Source: Callorhinchus milii (lineage: Eukaryota). From it: a stretch of DNA of 64,000 bases. Below are positions 1 through 13,695 of this stretch, one piece after another (position 1 is the first letter of the stretch; the number at the start of each line of letters is the position of its first letter). The DNA lies in contig NW_024704742.1 in assembly GCF_018977255.1 (NCBI RefSeq), positions 27,592,001 through 27,656,000 of the forward strand, given 5' to 3'. Position numbers and translations under genes: made by a program. Below the pieces are notes generated by a model. It searched no databases. It was not told where the DNA came from and saw only the letters and a list, made by a program, of their open reading frames with translations.

Positions 1-2329
1 AGATTTTCACTACATCTCAAAAGCCTCTACCTTTTTCAAAATATATATTTTTAAGAGAAAATAATGATATGGTATACACTTTTGCTTGATATAAAAAGAC
101 ATGCAGCAACTTTGTTCATTTACAAATTAAGAATGATTTGACAGTTTTCAGCTAGACATCATTTTTAATTTGCATTTTTTATCAATGGGAATATGTGCAA
201 TTGAACCAAAATAGGTACAGGAGTCAGGAGATCAAAATAATAGCACGTATTGGCTACGGGGGTAGTCACTACCTATTATACAAGTGTACTACCACAGATG
301 TATATCGGTAGTGACTGCCCTTGAGGCAAATACTTATCCCCTGTATGAACCAAATAGTGGAATATTTTAGTTCTATTTCCAGACGTTCTTATTGATAGGG
401 GTAGAAATGGATTTTGATGTCTTGCTGAATTATGCTGATCAGTTAATTTGCTTGTGTAATTGGGTCTGTGAGGTGGGTGCAATAGCTGGGGTTGGGTGGT
501 GGGGGTGGGGGCGAGGGGAGAGAGGGAGGGAAAGTCTGTCCTTGTGTGGAGTTTTAAGGCGAAGATAGAAAATAAATTGCAGGATTTCAGGGAAAAAAAA
601 GCTTGAAAGTTTGAAGATGAAGGGGTTAAAGTGGACTTGGATACCTCATGGGATTTGTGGAAGAGTTGATATCCTCAGAGACTGCCAACATGGTCTTTTT
701 AAATTAAAATGTAAATCTTTAGGAAATTCACTCCAGTTTGGAACGAAGAGTAATAAAAAACAAGCACCTTTGGAAGTATCACGATCAGACCTACCCAGAG
801 AAGTGTGAGTATCACTGGGAATTGAAATATCTCCAGTGGTGATGGAAGAGATGCTCACCACTGCATCTACAAACAGGGAAATCATATAAGACTCACAATC
901 GGCTTTCCAAACCTTTGCAGTGGAAAACAAATCAAAAGAGAGGTTTTCAACTTTGTAACTTATCATTTGGGGACAGAGGATTATGAATCCCATTTCCAAA
1001 GTCAGTCATATCATAGCAGGGAAAGTGAGCAGGTGGCTGCTCAAAGTAAAACCAGTGGGGTGTGGTTGTGAGGCAGTCTGAGAAACAAACGATGAGGCGT
1101 AAGAGACGTGGAGTTTTCCAGTGTGTCGGTCTCAACCACTCATTCTGGCAACCTGTTCCAGTCATTAAATAATATTAATAATTCTTGCATTTGGTATAGC
1201 ACCTTACCACATCAGAAGGAAGTAAATAATAACTTCCAGGTATCTATCCTGAAATTGCCCTTTGCAACTCTAAACATTCGTCCTCTTGTCCTATTGCCTT
1301 GGTGCATCCTGAAGTATTTATCAGACTGTTGTGCTATCCATCTCCTTTTTATATATCGCACGTTTTATATTTCAGAATATAGGGCCCACAATTCCACCTA
1401 GTCTGGCACTGTGAGACGATTTGGTCTTACAGGTTAATGTGGCGCAGAACTGTGGAAAATTCTAAAGTTCAGTTTTATTAGGACTGCAGAAAACTGGCTT
1501 CCAAAGTCGCACTGAATTTAAGCATTTTTCACTATTTTGGGCCATCTCAAATTTTGAAGCAAAGCGGTTTTACGGGCTAAGATTGTGTGGCGTTTCGGGC
1601 CCACAGTTACGTGAACCAGCCTAGCCTTATGAGAGGAGGACAGTAATGCTTTCTGAACTCAAAGGATAGAAAGCCTCCATTGTTAAAGTTGAATTAGAAT
1701 CAGCTGTTTGAAAAAAATATTGAAGTGTTTGGAAGCAGGAAAAGAGTGGAATTATATGGAGAAAAATAGATGTCTCATGTGGAGAAAACACCACTGCATG
1801 CTCAATGAGCTCAATATCTTATTTCTGTGCTGCAATTCCAAGAATCTATTAATACTATGACAACAACAACAAATCACACATATATATAAATATATATAGT
1901 TGCTTTCACGTCAGCAGGACATTCCAAGATGCTGGATAGTTAAGGGTTTGCATCTGAGCTGGGGGTAGGAATCAAAAGAGGTGGAGTGAAGTGGGTATGG
2001 AGTGGGAGTGGGGAGAGAATAGGAATGAGATAATGTCTTACTTTGTCCAGCTCTCTCCAATGTAAATCTATTACCTGTTTCTATGATTGCAATGCTTTTA
2101 CTATTTCCCTTGGGCATTATTGAATCCCTCACTCGTCAGGGAATTATGTTATTCTCTGAAAATACTCTACAACTTGGGAACCACCTGTTGGTAGCAATGC
2201 TTTGTCCTATATGTTTGTAACTCAAAATAAAATAGAGTCCTAGGAATATCTAGCTCTTGCTTTCTGAAGTTTTTAATCTTGAATGCTATATTTTTCTTAA
2301 TTTATAACATAGCTGCAAAAAAGAATCTT

Positions 2330-2725
2330 TTGGTCATCCGGTTATCTGACACATGCGGAAACCCATCACTATGCTTAAGAGTATCCAAATTAAGCTGAGA
2401 ACTCCATGCATCCTATCTCCACGTGGAAATACCAGAGAGAGATTGTTGGAATGGAATGCACACTCTCTCCCTGGATGGGCACATCCTGTTTACCAAATTC
2501 TGGGTTTGCAATAGGTTTGCAATAGCCAAGGCTTGGGGACCCCAGAGGGGGCGTTGGGGTACTACTGGAGTCTAACCAGCTAAAACAGCATTGTTTGTCA
2601 TTAATATTGTTGTCTGGCAAGCTTTCCCACTGCTTGTCAGGTTAGGACCACCCTGCCCATTAGGGCTTTAGCTTACAAGGTTAACAGGAGCTCAGAAGAA
2701 TGATGCCCTGTCCCCAGTGATTGTT
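2330..2725 (-). mobile_element. Unclassified interspersed repeat (family X), copy A
   Basis: Reverse complement aligns by eye with 18704-18900, 19080-19310 and 28705-29022, e.g. tttagctggttagactccag and atgggtttccgcatgtgtcaga. Confidence 0.75.
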
Positions 2726-2879
2726 GCAAAATGGCCTGTTAATAATTTACTAAATAAGTGAAACACTTGAATCACTTTTCTGTGCAGTTGCTAAATCTTT
2801 AAAAAACCTTGTGAATGGTATCCCTTTTCTCCACACATCTTACTCTTTAGTATCAACCCTAGACTTAAACATTCTGAGC

Positions 2880-3085
2880 ACCAATACCTTGATAGGGCTT
2901 GTTAATAAATATAAATAGCAGAGACTTCAGGTCTGATCCCAGTGGGACTTCAACGGTCGCAACTACCTAGTGTGAACTGCTCGGCTTAGAAGTATTCTCT
3001 GCTCTTTATTGTCACGCCAATTTTCTATTCAATTTCCCACTTCATCCTTGATTTCATCAGCTTTCACATTTGCTATAAATCTTTT
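2880..3085 (-). mobile_element. Degraded CR1-like LINE RT fragment
   Basis: Minus strand resembles the VPQGSVL region of RT; heavily decayed. Confidence 0.45.
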
Positions 3086-3343
3086 TGCAAGGAAGCATCT
3101 TTAATCTGGTTAGGCATAAAATTAGCCCTGTGCCCCTCATGAGGGATTGAAATCACTGTGTGCTACAGTCCGTAGCTAGCATGAGATTCACAAAATCCCC
3201 CCAAGTCTTGCACAATTATTGTCTTGAGACTGGGAGGATGGTGTACATTAACAATATCCAAATGGCCCGATCGAGTGGTAGCGATCATCTCACTGAATTG
3301 CTTTGACATTGTCATATTTGTGTCTTGCCACCATTCAGCTCTT

Positions 3344-3665
3344 TCAGCCTACCTCAGTTGGTAGCACTTTTGCCTCATGAGTCAGAAGGTTGTGATTTGA
3401 GGCTCCACGTTGAAACTTGAGGTCAAAATCTGGGCTGACGCATGTGCGGTCCATGACATTGGATGAGAGGTTAAAATGAGGTCCCATCTACCTGTTCTTC
3501 AGGTGAATATTAAAAATCCCACAACACTGTTCAAAAAGAGAAGGGAATTTCCCTTAGTGCCCTGGCCAGGACAATCCTCCAGAGTAATTCACCTGATGCC
3601 TTTTGGGATCTTTGTTGTATGCAAAATTCTGCTGAGATTCCTTACAAGAACCACAGTCACTACAT
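3344..3665 (+). mobile_element. Old tRNA-derived Deu-domain SINE (SacSINE1/AmnSINE-like)
   Basis: Head ctcagttggtagcact...gagtcagaaggttgtg; core caggtgaatattaaaaatcccacaacactgttcaaaaagag. Confidence 0.75.
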
Positions 3666-5118
3666 ATGACAGTAATGTGACAAATGACAACCATGAAACT
3701 CAATGCAAGTGTGATTCCTTATAAAGCTTTGTGGTGATATATTAACCCAGGAGATTCTTTAACATTTACATGAGCAAAGTGCTATTACTTCAAAGCATAT
3801 ATACTCGGTGATCTTTAGATACACTTCAAGGTGATTGATGGACCTGTAGACCTGGCCTAGCAGCTATAATTAACTCGGGGCCCTGAACTAGTGATGAGAT
3901 GTATTATTCACCATAAGCGGTCAATTTCAATTTGGTATTAATTTACTTAAACACATATTTTTCGCTTTGGGTTGAAACGGAATAAGGCATCATTTTTAAT
4001 TGATAGATTTCCTTGTGTAAACGTACAGCTGGAGATTGCCTTCAAATGTGTCAACATCTGCTCCGGGCAAGCAAAAGGCAACACAACTGTTTGTGTTTGC
4101 ACCAGGGAAGAATATTCATATCAAATCCCCTGTTATATACTTCCCAACAACCCATATCACAAGAACATAAGGATTATTAGGGCAGGAAATGCCAGTATCT
4201 ACGTTGTCTCTAAGCGTTAAATACAAAAGGGCAATTTCAGTTTGTGAAGGGGGTGGGGGGTAGGGGGCAAAATAGGCCAGCCAATCCCTTCTGCACAGTT
4301 ACGATACTGGTTCCGAGCAATTTAAATGCTCTGAGATGCTCATAACCCCTCCCACCCAGCCCCCCACTTGAGTGAAAGGCGCTACATAAATGCAAGTTGC
4401 TGTCATTGTAGGTTCCTTCATCTTGCTGCTGAGGGAGGGAAATACTTTGACGTAATGGCTATTGCTGTGAAGAGGGTATCTATCTATTCACAATGGTATT
4501 TGTACCAGTAAAACGAGATGAAGCTCAGGATAATAGTTTGTGATTTAAAGCAGAAATACTTAAAATGGGACTTCTTAATAAGGCCTGCAAGCCAGAATAG
4601 GGATTCCTTCCAGTAAACCGGATGTAGAGCACACAGACATTGGCAAATTCCACAACAAAAGTAGGTTGTGTGTCAGCAGATTCTCTGCTGTGAATAACAG
4701 AAGAATACTAGAAATGAATTTATTATTTTAAAACACCCAAACCAGTCTGAATGCAAATCCAAATAATTCTTGTGTTCTTACACACAAAAATTACAATGAG
4801 GTATGCAGGCTGACTGATCACCAGCTGTATTCTGGACAGCATTCTCTATGTCCATTTAAATTATCCAGATAGGACGCTGCCAGCACATGTTATGTGACCC
4901 TGGATTTTAGCAGAGCACCAGCAATTGTTGAATGAATAGGTTCTATGCTGCAAATACAGATCTCCGCTTTAATGCATTATGTACCCATTAATAGAGTAGT
5001 GTGAGTCAGACCTTGCACCCAATGCTGTATCAGTGATCTGAAATCCATTCTTACCATAAGGACAATTCCCTCCAACCGATAGCTCAATAAAGCTACAAGC
5101 TTATTACCTCGCTTACAA

Positions 5119-5463
5119 CCTCTGCGAGCGAGAGGACCTGGGTTGAATTCTAGGGTTGAATTCCTGGGCAGGATGACATGTTAGGCAAGTTTCCTTACTC
5201 CACAAGCCCGTGTTTACCAAGCAGCAAGTAGGAACCCGGTTGTTAGTCGATTGGCGGATTGCTTTCTGGGGGTAATAATCCCTTCAAAAATAATAATTTG
5301 GTCACTCAATTCATGACTGCTTGTTGGACACTGCTGTGTGCAATTGGCTGCCGCGTTTTTCCCACAAAATATATAGTCAATTCACTTTAGAGTATATTCT
5401 GTGAAGCGCTTTGAGACGCCTCAAAAATAAGGCGCTCTATCAAATGCAAGGATTATTATTATT
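5119..5463 (+). mobile_element. Young tRNA-derived SINE, long variant, head partly missing
   Basis: B-box-like gggttgaattcc, internal gtaggaacccggttgttagtcgattggcgg, Deu-like ctgtgtgcaattggctgccgcg, tail ...aaatgcaaggattattatt. Confidence 0.85.
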
Positions 5464-5590
5464 TTCATTATTAAACTTGTCATGACTGTTTCTAAAGTGG
5501 AATGAAGAAAATACAGAAGAATAGAAAAAATAGTTAAAACATTTGAAGTAAAGAATTTTATGTAGGAAGTTATGGATAACACCTCATGTG

Positions 5591-5935
5591 TGTCAGCCTG
5601 GCTCAGTTGGTACCATTTTTGCCTCTGAGTTGGAAAAATGTGTGTTCAAGCTCCATGTTCGTTCTTTCAACTCATGCAGTCTAGGCCAACACTCTAATGT
5701 CGTGCTGGATGTGCCACCCTTTGAATGAGACATAAACCAACTGCTTGTTCAGATGGCCATTAAAGCCATGGCTCTATTCAAAATGAAAAGGGAAATTTCC
5801 CGGGTACCCTGCCCAACAATTCTTCAGATAAAATTGGTCATTCCCTGCATGGCTGTTGGTGGGACGTTGCTGTATGCCAATTGACTGGGCATTCCCCTCC
5901 AAAAAGTCTAGTAAATCGTGTGAAACAGTTTGAGG
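5591..5935 (+). mobile_element. Old Deu-domain SINE
   Basis: gtcagcctggctcagttggta head and gggacgttgctgtatgccaattgactg core. Confidence 0.7.
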
Positions 5936-6107
5936 CAACCTGTACTCCAGAACACATTGCACTCTTATACACCACCCACTTGGGAGTCTGGGGGAGAGTG
6001 GGTGGGGGGGGGGGGAAGTATCTGCTTTTTAAAGTAGACTCGTTCAAAGAGGAAGAATATTTAATTTTGCTACCTTGTACTATACTAGTACTATACTAAG
6101 CTACTAC

Positions 6108-6503
6108 ACGAGTTCAAGATTCTCGTCCTCACCTTTAAGGTCATCCATGGCCTTGCCCCCTCCTACCTCTCTGACCTGCTGACTCCCTACCAACCTGCCC
6201 GGCCTGCTCCATGTCTCCTGCCCTACCCGCCCTACCATCGGTGGCTGGGCTTTCAGCCTCTCGGCCCCCACACTCTGGAACTCCATCCCATGGTCCCTTC
6301 ACCTTGTTTCTTCCCTTGCCTCCTTCAAGGCCGGTCTCAAGACCCTTCTCTTCGATCGTGCCTCCCTCCCACCTCTCTGCCTTCCCTCACCCCCACACCA
6401 CCCCCACCCCATGCTTGGGCCCTGACACCTGACTGTTCAGCGCTGTGGGACGTCTTCCCAACATAAAAGGCGCTCTATAAATGTAATTTTGTTGTGGTTG
6501 TTG
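6108..6503 (+). mobile_element. L2-clade LINE 3' end, 5'-truncated
   Basis: FKILVLTFK and AFS..APTLWNS-like ORF2 C-terminal motifs; 3' end cagcgctgtgggacgtc...aggcgctctataaatgtaatt(ttg)n. Confidence 0.85.
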
Positions 6504-8384
6504 TACTTGGTCCATTGGCATACACAGCACCATACACTTTTTATAAAGCACTGTATGAAAACTGGACAAAAACTACTTTTGTAAGTGGATGGTATTTACC
6601 AACTTTGCATGATAATACAACAACAAGATAACATTAGTATCGCGCCTTTCACGTCGGGAGGACGTCCCAAGGCCCTGGATATATGGCATCAATAAATTTA
6701 AAGTTCAATATCGTATCAGCTTTCATTCTCAAAATGGATTTCAAAACGAAAAAGAGTTTACAGGTGAGGCAAAAAGGTGTCAAGGGTTGGACAGAGAGAG
6801 AAAAAGAAAGCAACAAACACAGATTGGCACTTCATTCTTTCCTGCACCGCCCAATTGTTCACAATTAAGATCTTTTTGAAGGCAGTCGGCCACATGTAGG
6901 TAATATCTTTTAGGGTGACATTGCAGGTTTCATGTGTTTTATTATTTGTCTGATCACATTTAATCTCACTTGCTTTCTCCTCACTCACCCCTTCTGTAGA
7001 AACTTGCTTAATTTCCGTTGCACTGATGTAATGTTCCACGGGTGGTGGGCTAATACTTTGCCTGAATGATTATTCGTGCATGACGAGACTTGATAGCAAG
7101 TGCTGGCAGGCTGTTTGACTGCAGGTACTTTGCAGGTGTACTATATCTTGTCCCGATATAGTGACCACAACAAAGGTTGCTGGACAGCTTTCAAGAGCAG
7201 GAATCTTGGCTCGTCTTCCCCTCCCTTACCCAAGACACCTCTCATGCCATTCCAGCTGTGACAGGTAATTCAAATTACACTGGAAACCAAACTTGCCTTT
7301 CCAATTTGTTTTGCTCAGGAACCCAGTGAATAAATTCATCATGCCTTTGGGACAGCTTTTTTTTGAACCATTAAGTTTATTGTTTGACAGCTGAGATACT
7401 GACTATATGAGATGGATTTCAGTTTACCATATCTGCATTGTTGGTGCAAAAACATGCAGGTGATGGGAACCATTAACTTCCAATGAATAATAAAGTAACC
7501 CAACTTTCATTGTAATTCAGCTGTACCGTATTTAATTACTGCACATTGTTTAACGGCTACAGACCAGTTAACTATGTTGTGTTCATTGCGATCAGATTGT
7601 TTTAAAATGATTTGAAGAGAATTAGTAACGTGAGAGCAATTACAATGCAGGTAACAACAACATGAAATAACAAATATCAGATTATGTTAATAATAAAAGC
7701 ACCTGGAGACTAGTAAATCCTCAATTTGTTCCCTGTAAGTAACAGATTATTTAAGAAACCACGTGTCTATAATATAGTAAATCCATTTAATTTGAAATGA
7801 ACTCAAACTGAGTTTAATTTTAAGATAAGTAATTTTAGGAATATTGAGTTTGACCATTAAAATAAGTGGTTTATGAAGTCCATTAATGCTATATTTCAGC
7901 AAAAATTAACCAGGCCTAGATTCATTCTATTTATGTAGTTCTGAAAATGACTTACAGCAAACTGGTTTCAAAATTTAGGCTGTATTTAGGAATTTTCCAA
8001 ATTTTGGATGCTCTGAAATGCTACATAAACAGAATAATCTGGACCGGGTGGACTAAAATGTTTGCATCAATTTGCAAAAACATTGCTATAATAGTATCAA
8101 TCTAATTTGCTGTTTGTGATCTTTAATTGTACCAGACTAAAACCCAATTAAAGTCATTAAGCAAATGATTCCTTTAAACCCTCATCCAGACCTTTGAATT
8201 CCTTCACAATCTTATCCCACGTGACAACTGAAAACTCTTCCTATATGAAAGGTGCTATATAGTTGTTCTCACTGGCACTTTTGGCATCTCCTAATTCTTT
8301 AGTAACATTATAAACCTCACCAGCTAAACCTTACCAGCATTTGGTGACAGAGCGCGGAGCTCTGAGCACATGCTTAGTTGCCAA

Positions 8385-8585
8385 AGGGGGAAGCTGAAAG
8401 AGATCTGAGGGTGTCAGCTGAGCTCACTATGTCCATACAATGTGAGGGAGCAATAAACAGGGTGCTGTGCTATATTGCCAAATCAGTTGAGTTCAGATCT
8501 GCGGATTGCCATAGCCAAGCTGTACAGTGCTCTTGCCAGGCTACATCTGGAGTACTGTATTCAGAATTCTGGATGCTCTGATACA
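8385..8585 (+). mobile_element. CR1 LINE ORF2 fragment
   Basis: ERDL motif, then LYSALARLHLEYCIQ, matching the CR1 LYKxLVRPHLEYCVQ motif. Confidence 0.75.
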
Positions 8586-9350
8586 CTATATACTGTAAGT
8601 GCAGTGGATCTGGGCCTCGGTGGAATTTCTCCCCAATGAAAATGTGTGCGGGGAGAGGAAAGAAGAATGGAAGTGAATAAAGAGCTCTTTCGGACAGTCA
8701 GCAGGTACTATGGCCTCTTTCTGTGCTATAACAATCTATGGTTCTATATGTGGACTCTTCAGATCTCAGCGACTGCAATTTTGGAGAGAGATATATAAAT
8801 GCTGTCACCTACTTGTAATTGCCTTACTGGTGAAAGCTATTTCAAGTATAAATTGGGCATTAGATATAGTCAAGATTTACACAGATACTTACTCATCTAT
8901 TTATTTGTCTTTGTAGTCTACTCAGAATCACAAAGGCTTATCTGGAGAAAGGGGGAACTAGTTTTCCTATCCCAACATTTATAGATTTCTGTTCTATTTT
9001 ATTGTGTTTTTAGCAGAAATTTGGAACACTGAACTGTTGTGCTAAATACTATACTTGTAAATCAGCTCAAGTGTACTTTATATACAAATCGGTTTATTTT
9101 GAGGCAGTTTTTGTTCATTTAACTGCAAATCAAACTGTTTCAATGAATAGCAAAAGCCAGGTGCAGCAAATGTAAATTCCAAGTTTTTCAAAGCTGCTCT
9201 TGAAAAAAAATGCTTTTTATTTTTGTTGTAAAATGTTTACCAGGCTTTGGTAATTATTCCTCTGTCACTGATCCTTTGCATTTCCTATGTTTAGCATTTA
9301 AAAGCTGTGGCACTGCTTGATCTCCAGATATGAAATTCTGGTTCTTGCCA

Positions 9351-9520
9351 GTAAAATAAGGAAACAAGCACAGCTGGTCACTGAACATCTGAAAGAGAAA
9401 GCAATTAATGTTTTGGGCGTGACCTTTCACCAGAAGCAGGATGCAAAATATTAACCTCTCCCTCAATGCTGGTTGACTTGCTGTGCATTTCCAGAACTTC
9501 TCAAGTTTTCTCTTTACTTC
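9351..9520. mobile_element. Penelope-like terminal-repeat relic with quasi-inverted arms and a decayed hammerhead-like core
   Basis: Minus strand reads ctggtgaaaggtcacgcccaaaacattaattgctttctctttcagatg..tgaccagctg. The plus-strand arm reads aaatattaac...atgctggttgacttgctgtgcatttccag. Resembles the ctgatgaagggtc...cgaaacgttaac...agatgctgcctgacctgctg repeat I recall from shark genomes. Confidence 0.5.
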
Positions 9521-10974
9521 TACTATGTATTCTTTGAGACAATTGAAGACGTGAAAAGCGCTATATTAAACAAAAGGATTATTATCATTATGATAAAGGT
9601 AGTGCTTTGCTAAGTCAGAATTGATGTGTAAAAGCCTAGATTGACTGAGTCGTCATTTGAGCTGCCATGCTGGGTGTACAAATGATACTAATGCAGTGTG
9701 CAAAACATTACATAATGAAATAACAAATTAGAAAACAATACTTTGTCTTTCTGACTCGTCTGCTGATTTATCTTCATTGGTTTGATAACTTGTTTCACAG
9801 ACAAGAATCCAGTGTTGTTGCAGTGTTCTGCAATACGCTGTATAGCACAATGTACAACAAAATTGCTTGACTTTGCACTTCTATTGTAATGATGTTTGTT
9901 CCAAGTCTCCATTCACTCGTCACAGCTCCAGTAATGTCATCTGTTGTCTCTGTGGAACCGGAGGCTGCAGTGCAAACACTGCCAAGTGCTGAGGTTTTAC
10001 AAGAAAATCAGTAAATGAGTGAAGTCATGTACATATTATCCATCACTCTACCTTATTATTGAATAATATGTTTCCAAAGTAATTGTCGTTTTGACCAACT
10101 GCAGTTTAATAGCTAAGCTTGTTCAAGCTCAATTTTAATATTCCACATTATAGCATATTTATTACGAGTGTAATTGAATTTCCTATAAGGATGAATGAAG
10201 TCAAGGTTCTTGTATGTGCAGGATACTACAATCCATTGTCTTGGGCTTCAATAACATTGTGAACACCAGTAAAGGAAAGAGCTGAATTAATAAGTGGAAT
10301 CCTAACTGATTTGGATCCAATCTTCTGTAGTAGTAATAATAATAATAATCATTATCATCATTCTTGCATTTGGTATAGTGCCTTTCACACAAGGAGGATA
10401 TTTCAAAGTGCTTCACAGGATTTATTGTAATAGACAGTGACTGTGTATGTTGGAAGCAAATTTCACAGTCAGTTAAGTTAGGCTAAGTAGTATTTAAATT
10501 GTGTTTAATTATAAAACAAATCCATAAACTAACATTTCTCTTCTGTGTTGTTGCGGTTTCCTTGTTCCCCAAGCAAGAGCCGAGACAACTTTTTGTAAGC
10601 CTCTGGTAATGATACTTTTTAATGATTAACTAAATTAATCTCACATCCTCTGTGCCAATGAGTACCAATGGGGGTTGTGATGACTTGGCTGCTCAATATT
10701 GTTTTCCCTCTCCTGCCAGGTAAATAAAAATGCCTTCTGTGGGGATTTCTGGGCAAAGAAACTATAATTGGGTCCCATAATTGTTCCACAGGACCAGCAG
10801 GATATTTTGCTATCTTGTGATCCGTTACCTCCGCTCTCTTCAGAAGTAGCTGGCTCATACTGTTTTCATGTGTATCAGCCACCATCCAGTGACTTTAAAG
10901 GAATTAGCAGTTTGCACAACCAAGGTTCAGTGAAATAGTTGTCCAAATTTCTATCTATTTCCAAAGAAAATAAA

Positions 10975-11130
10975 CAATTTGGTCCAATCCGTGACTGTTT
11001 GTGAGACACTGTTAGTGCAATTGGCTGCTGTGTGTTGCCCACAAAATACACAGTCAATCCACTTGATAGTATATTTTGTGAAGCGCTTTGAGGCGTCTTA
11101 ACAATGGGATAAGGCACTGTATTAAATAAT
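10975..11130 (+). mobile_element. Young SINE 3' half
   Basis: Matches the 3' half of the full copies (gcaattggctgc...gtgaagcgctttgag). Confidence 0.75.
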
Positions 11131-13519
11131 AAATGAGATGCATTTTAGAGGAAGCGAGGTAGAACCACGAGGAAGAAGGGAATAGAAGGGAGGGAGCAAG
11201 GAGTGGGTGGAGAGTGGAGCACATGGAGTACAAACACCAAGATGGAATCACTGGGCCGAATAGCAGGTTTTCATGCTAGAAATCAATGTGAAGTGTATTT
11301 AATATTTAGCTAGTTAAATGCATGGGTTATTATTATTTTTAAACCATCACTATGTTTTTCACATACTCCACATCAGCCTTGAATTTGCATAGTGTATAAA
11401 CTCCAACCTAAGAAAGTAGCCCCATGTAGTCTGTTAAACGCAACAAGATCCAAAAGTATTTAGGGGCCAATTCCTATTTTATCACAAGATGCTGTTGCCT
11501 ATCTCTCTGTGGAAGTGAGTACCAATGCAGATTATTATAGGTATATATTGAAAAGAATTGACCTTTCCCTGCTGTGTACACAGTGCTGACAATTCCTTAA
11601 AATAAACAACACTTCATTTCCCAGCATCTTTCTCTGCTTTTCTGATACATGATAATCAGCAATTCTATTGCGTATCATTCCTGCAGATTTTAAGAGATAA
11701 TAAACCAGGCAGCAGTCTGCAAAATGGCAGGAATATTCATGATTCAAGGAAGGTCAGGATGTTCAGCCTAAAAGGAGTCCTTCTCAGGGACTATAAGCAA
11801 TCCTGTCCTTGCACTGAACCAATGATTAAGTTAACAATTAATATGGGTCAGCTCCTTGTCTAGGAGACCCCTGCAGAGTAGAGGGCTGATGTATCAATGG
11901 ATGCCACTCAGTGCTCCTATTTGCCTTACATTAGGAGTGTTTGGTTTATTTTGGTGGCTTTATTCACATTTGAATTCTGTTATATGTGAAATAGAAATGT
12001 CGTGCGTCATATGTTTCACATTATCATTTCATGTTTTTCAACAATGGTATAGGTATAGAATAAATTGCATCCCATTTCATTTCAATAGCTCGCAATGCTG
12101 TGGCACAGCAATGCCAACAACTTGATTACTTTTAAATTCTGCGGTTCATATGGTAATAAGTTTAAGACGTAATGATCACTGTATTGTAGGTCGGCTTACA
12201 GAATTTGGCATAAAGATGTTTTGTTAATTTAAAAATGGCAGTTTGAAAAATAATGTTTTTCTGTAATGGGTTCTACGTACAGAAACACAATAACACAACA
12301 TTTTGTTTGGAGGGAGTTTTCTATTTATAATGACATTATGTTTCTGAGAGAGCCTGCAGGGGGAAAAAAAAAGTTAATGAATTTATTAGGACGGAGTGAA
12401 CCGTGCATAGAATTATTAGCATAATAAAACTTGAAAAGCAAAGGAAGCTTCAGTCTCGCTGAACAGTTCAGCTTTTGCTATAATGTCTGGCAGTGTACAC
12501 TGACACATTCCCCTATCCAAAAGACTTACATGTGGAGAAACTCTAACCGGGACTTTAAGCACATTGGAATGCTATATAAATGCAATTTGTTGTTGTAGAT
12601 TTACTCTGTACACATAGCACTGAAGAATTACAGGATATCAACTTGAAAATGGAGGGCACTGTAGAGCAGCAACTTCCTTGATCTGCTGGCAATCTAAGAG
12701 TTAATATCCTTGTGATAATCCTCAGTCCATTTTGACTTAATTGTTCCAATGGACATAATTGCTTTTAATTAGCTTTTACGGTTATCAACACCTATAATAT
12801 CAAACATTATAATGTTACAAAACAAAATTGCTTCATATTATTTGTGAACAACAAATGTTCACAAATATTATTACTATCCACAGACAAGCTCTGGTAACTC
12901 TCTTGAGCTCACTCCAGTTTACTACTTTTACACTAATCCCTACTTGCTACCTGAACACATGAAGTATCATACCTACGCGATAAAATAGGTCTGTAAATCT
13001 GTATTAAATGATTATCTGTGCCTATCCATGATAGCACACCATTCAAAGCCAAGTATGTCAGCACATTTGCAAAATAATAAATCATCTCTTGCTTGGGTCA
13101 CTCTGAATTTAAGTTCTGTGATCCACGCTGAACCCTATCTGGTAGTTTTATATAAATGCATTTAAACAACAGTAATTGATATTACTGGAACATGGCACAT
13201 TTGTGAAAGGTTACTGAATTCTTACGTCATACTATTTGGTTGATCTAAGTAGTTTGTGTTTTATGTTCCTTTAGTCACTAAACCCCTCGCTTTTGGAACT
13301 CCTTGCCTTTATCCCTCTTCCTGCCTCCCCCACCCTATTTGTTTTTAAATCCAACCTTTAAATCCACCTCATCAATCACATCTATGGTCACCTCCCCTTC
13401 TCCCTTATCCATTGTTCAATCCCACCACTGTGAAACACTCCTAACACATTATCTATCTGAAGGAAGCTGTATAAATGAAAGTTGTTGTCAAAAATATCAA
13501 AATTAAATATTGATTATTA

Positions 13520-13695
13520 TTAACAATAATAATCCATGGATATGATACAGCACCTTTCACATTGAGAGGGTGTCTCAAATTGCTTCACAGATATTTACTG
13601 TAAGGTGTTGTGATTGTGTATCTTGTAAGTGAACGCAGCAGCAAATTTTGTACACAACATTATCCCACAAACAGCCATGAAGTGAATGATTACTT
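13520..13695 (-). mobile_element. Deu-SINE 3' half, diverged
   Basis: Reverse complement of the tail and of the tcccacaaacagccatg core. Confidence 0.65.

Noticed and set aside
723..804. Possible exon (ctttag|GAA...AGT|gtgagt)
   Set aside because: 82 nt, weak pyrimidine tract, and no similarity to upstream DIAPH exons in any frame.
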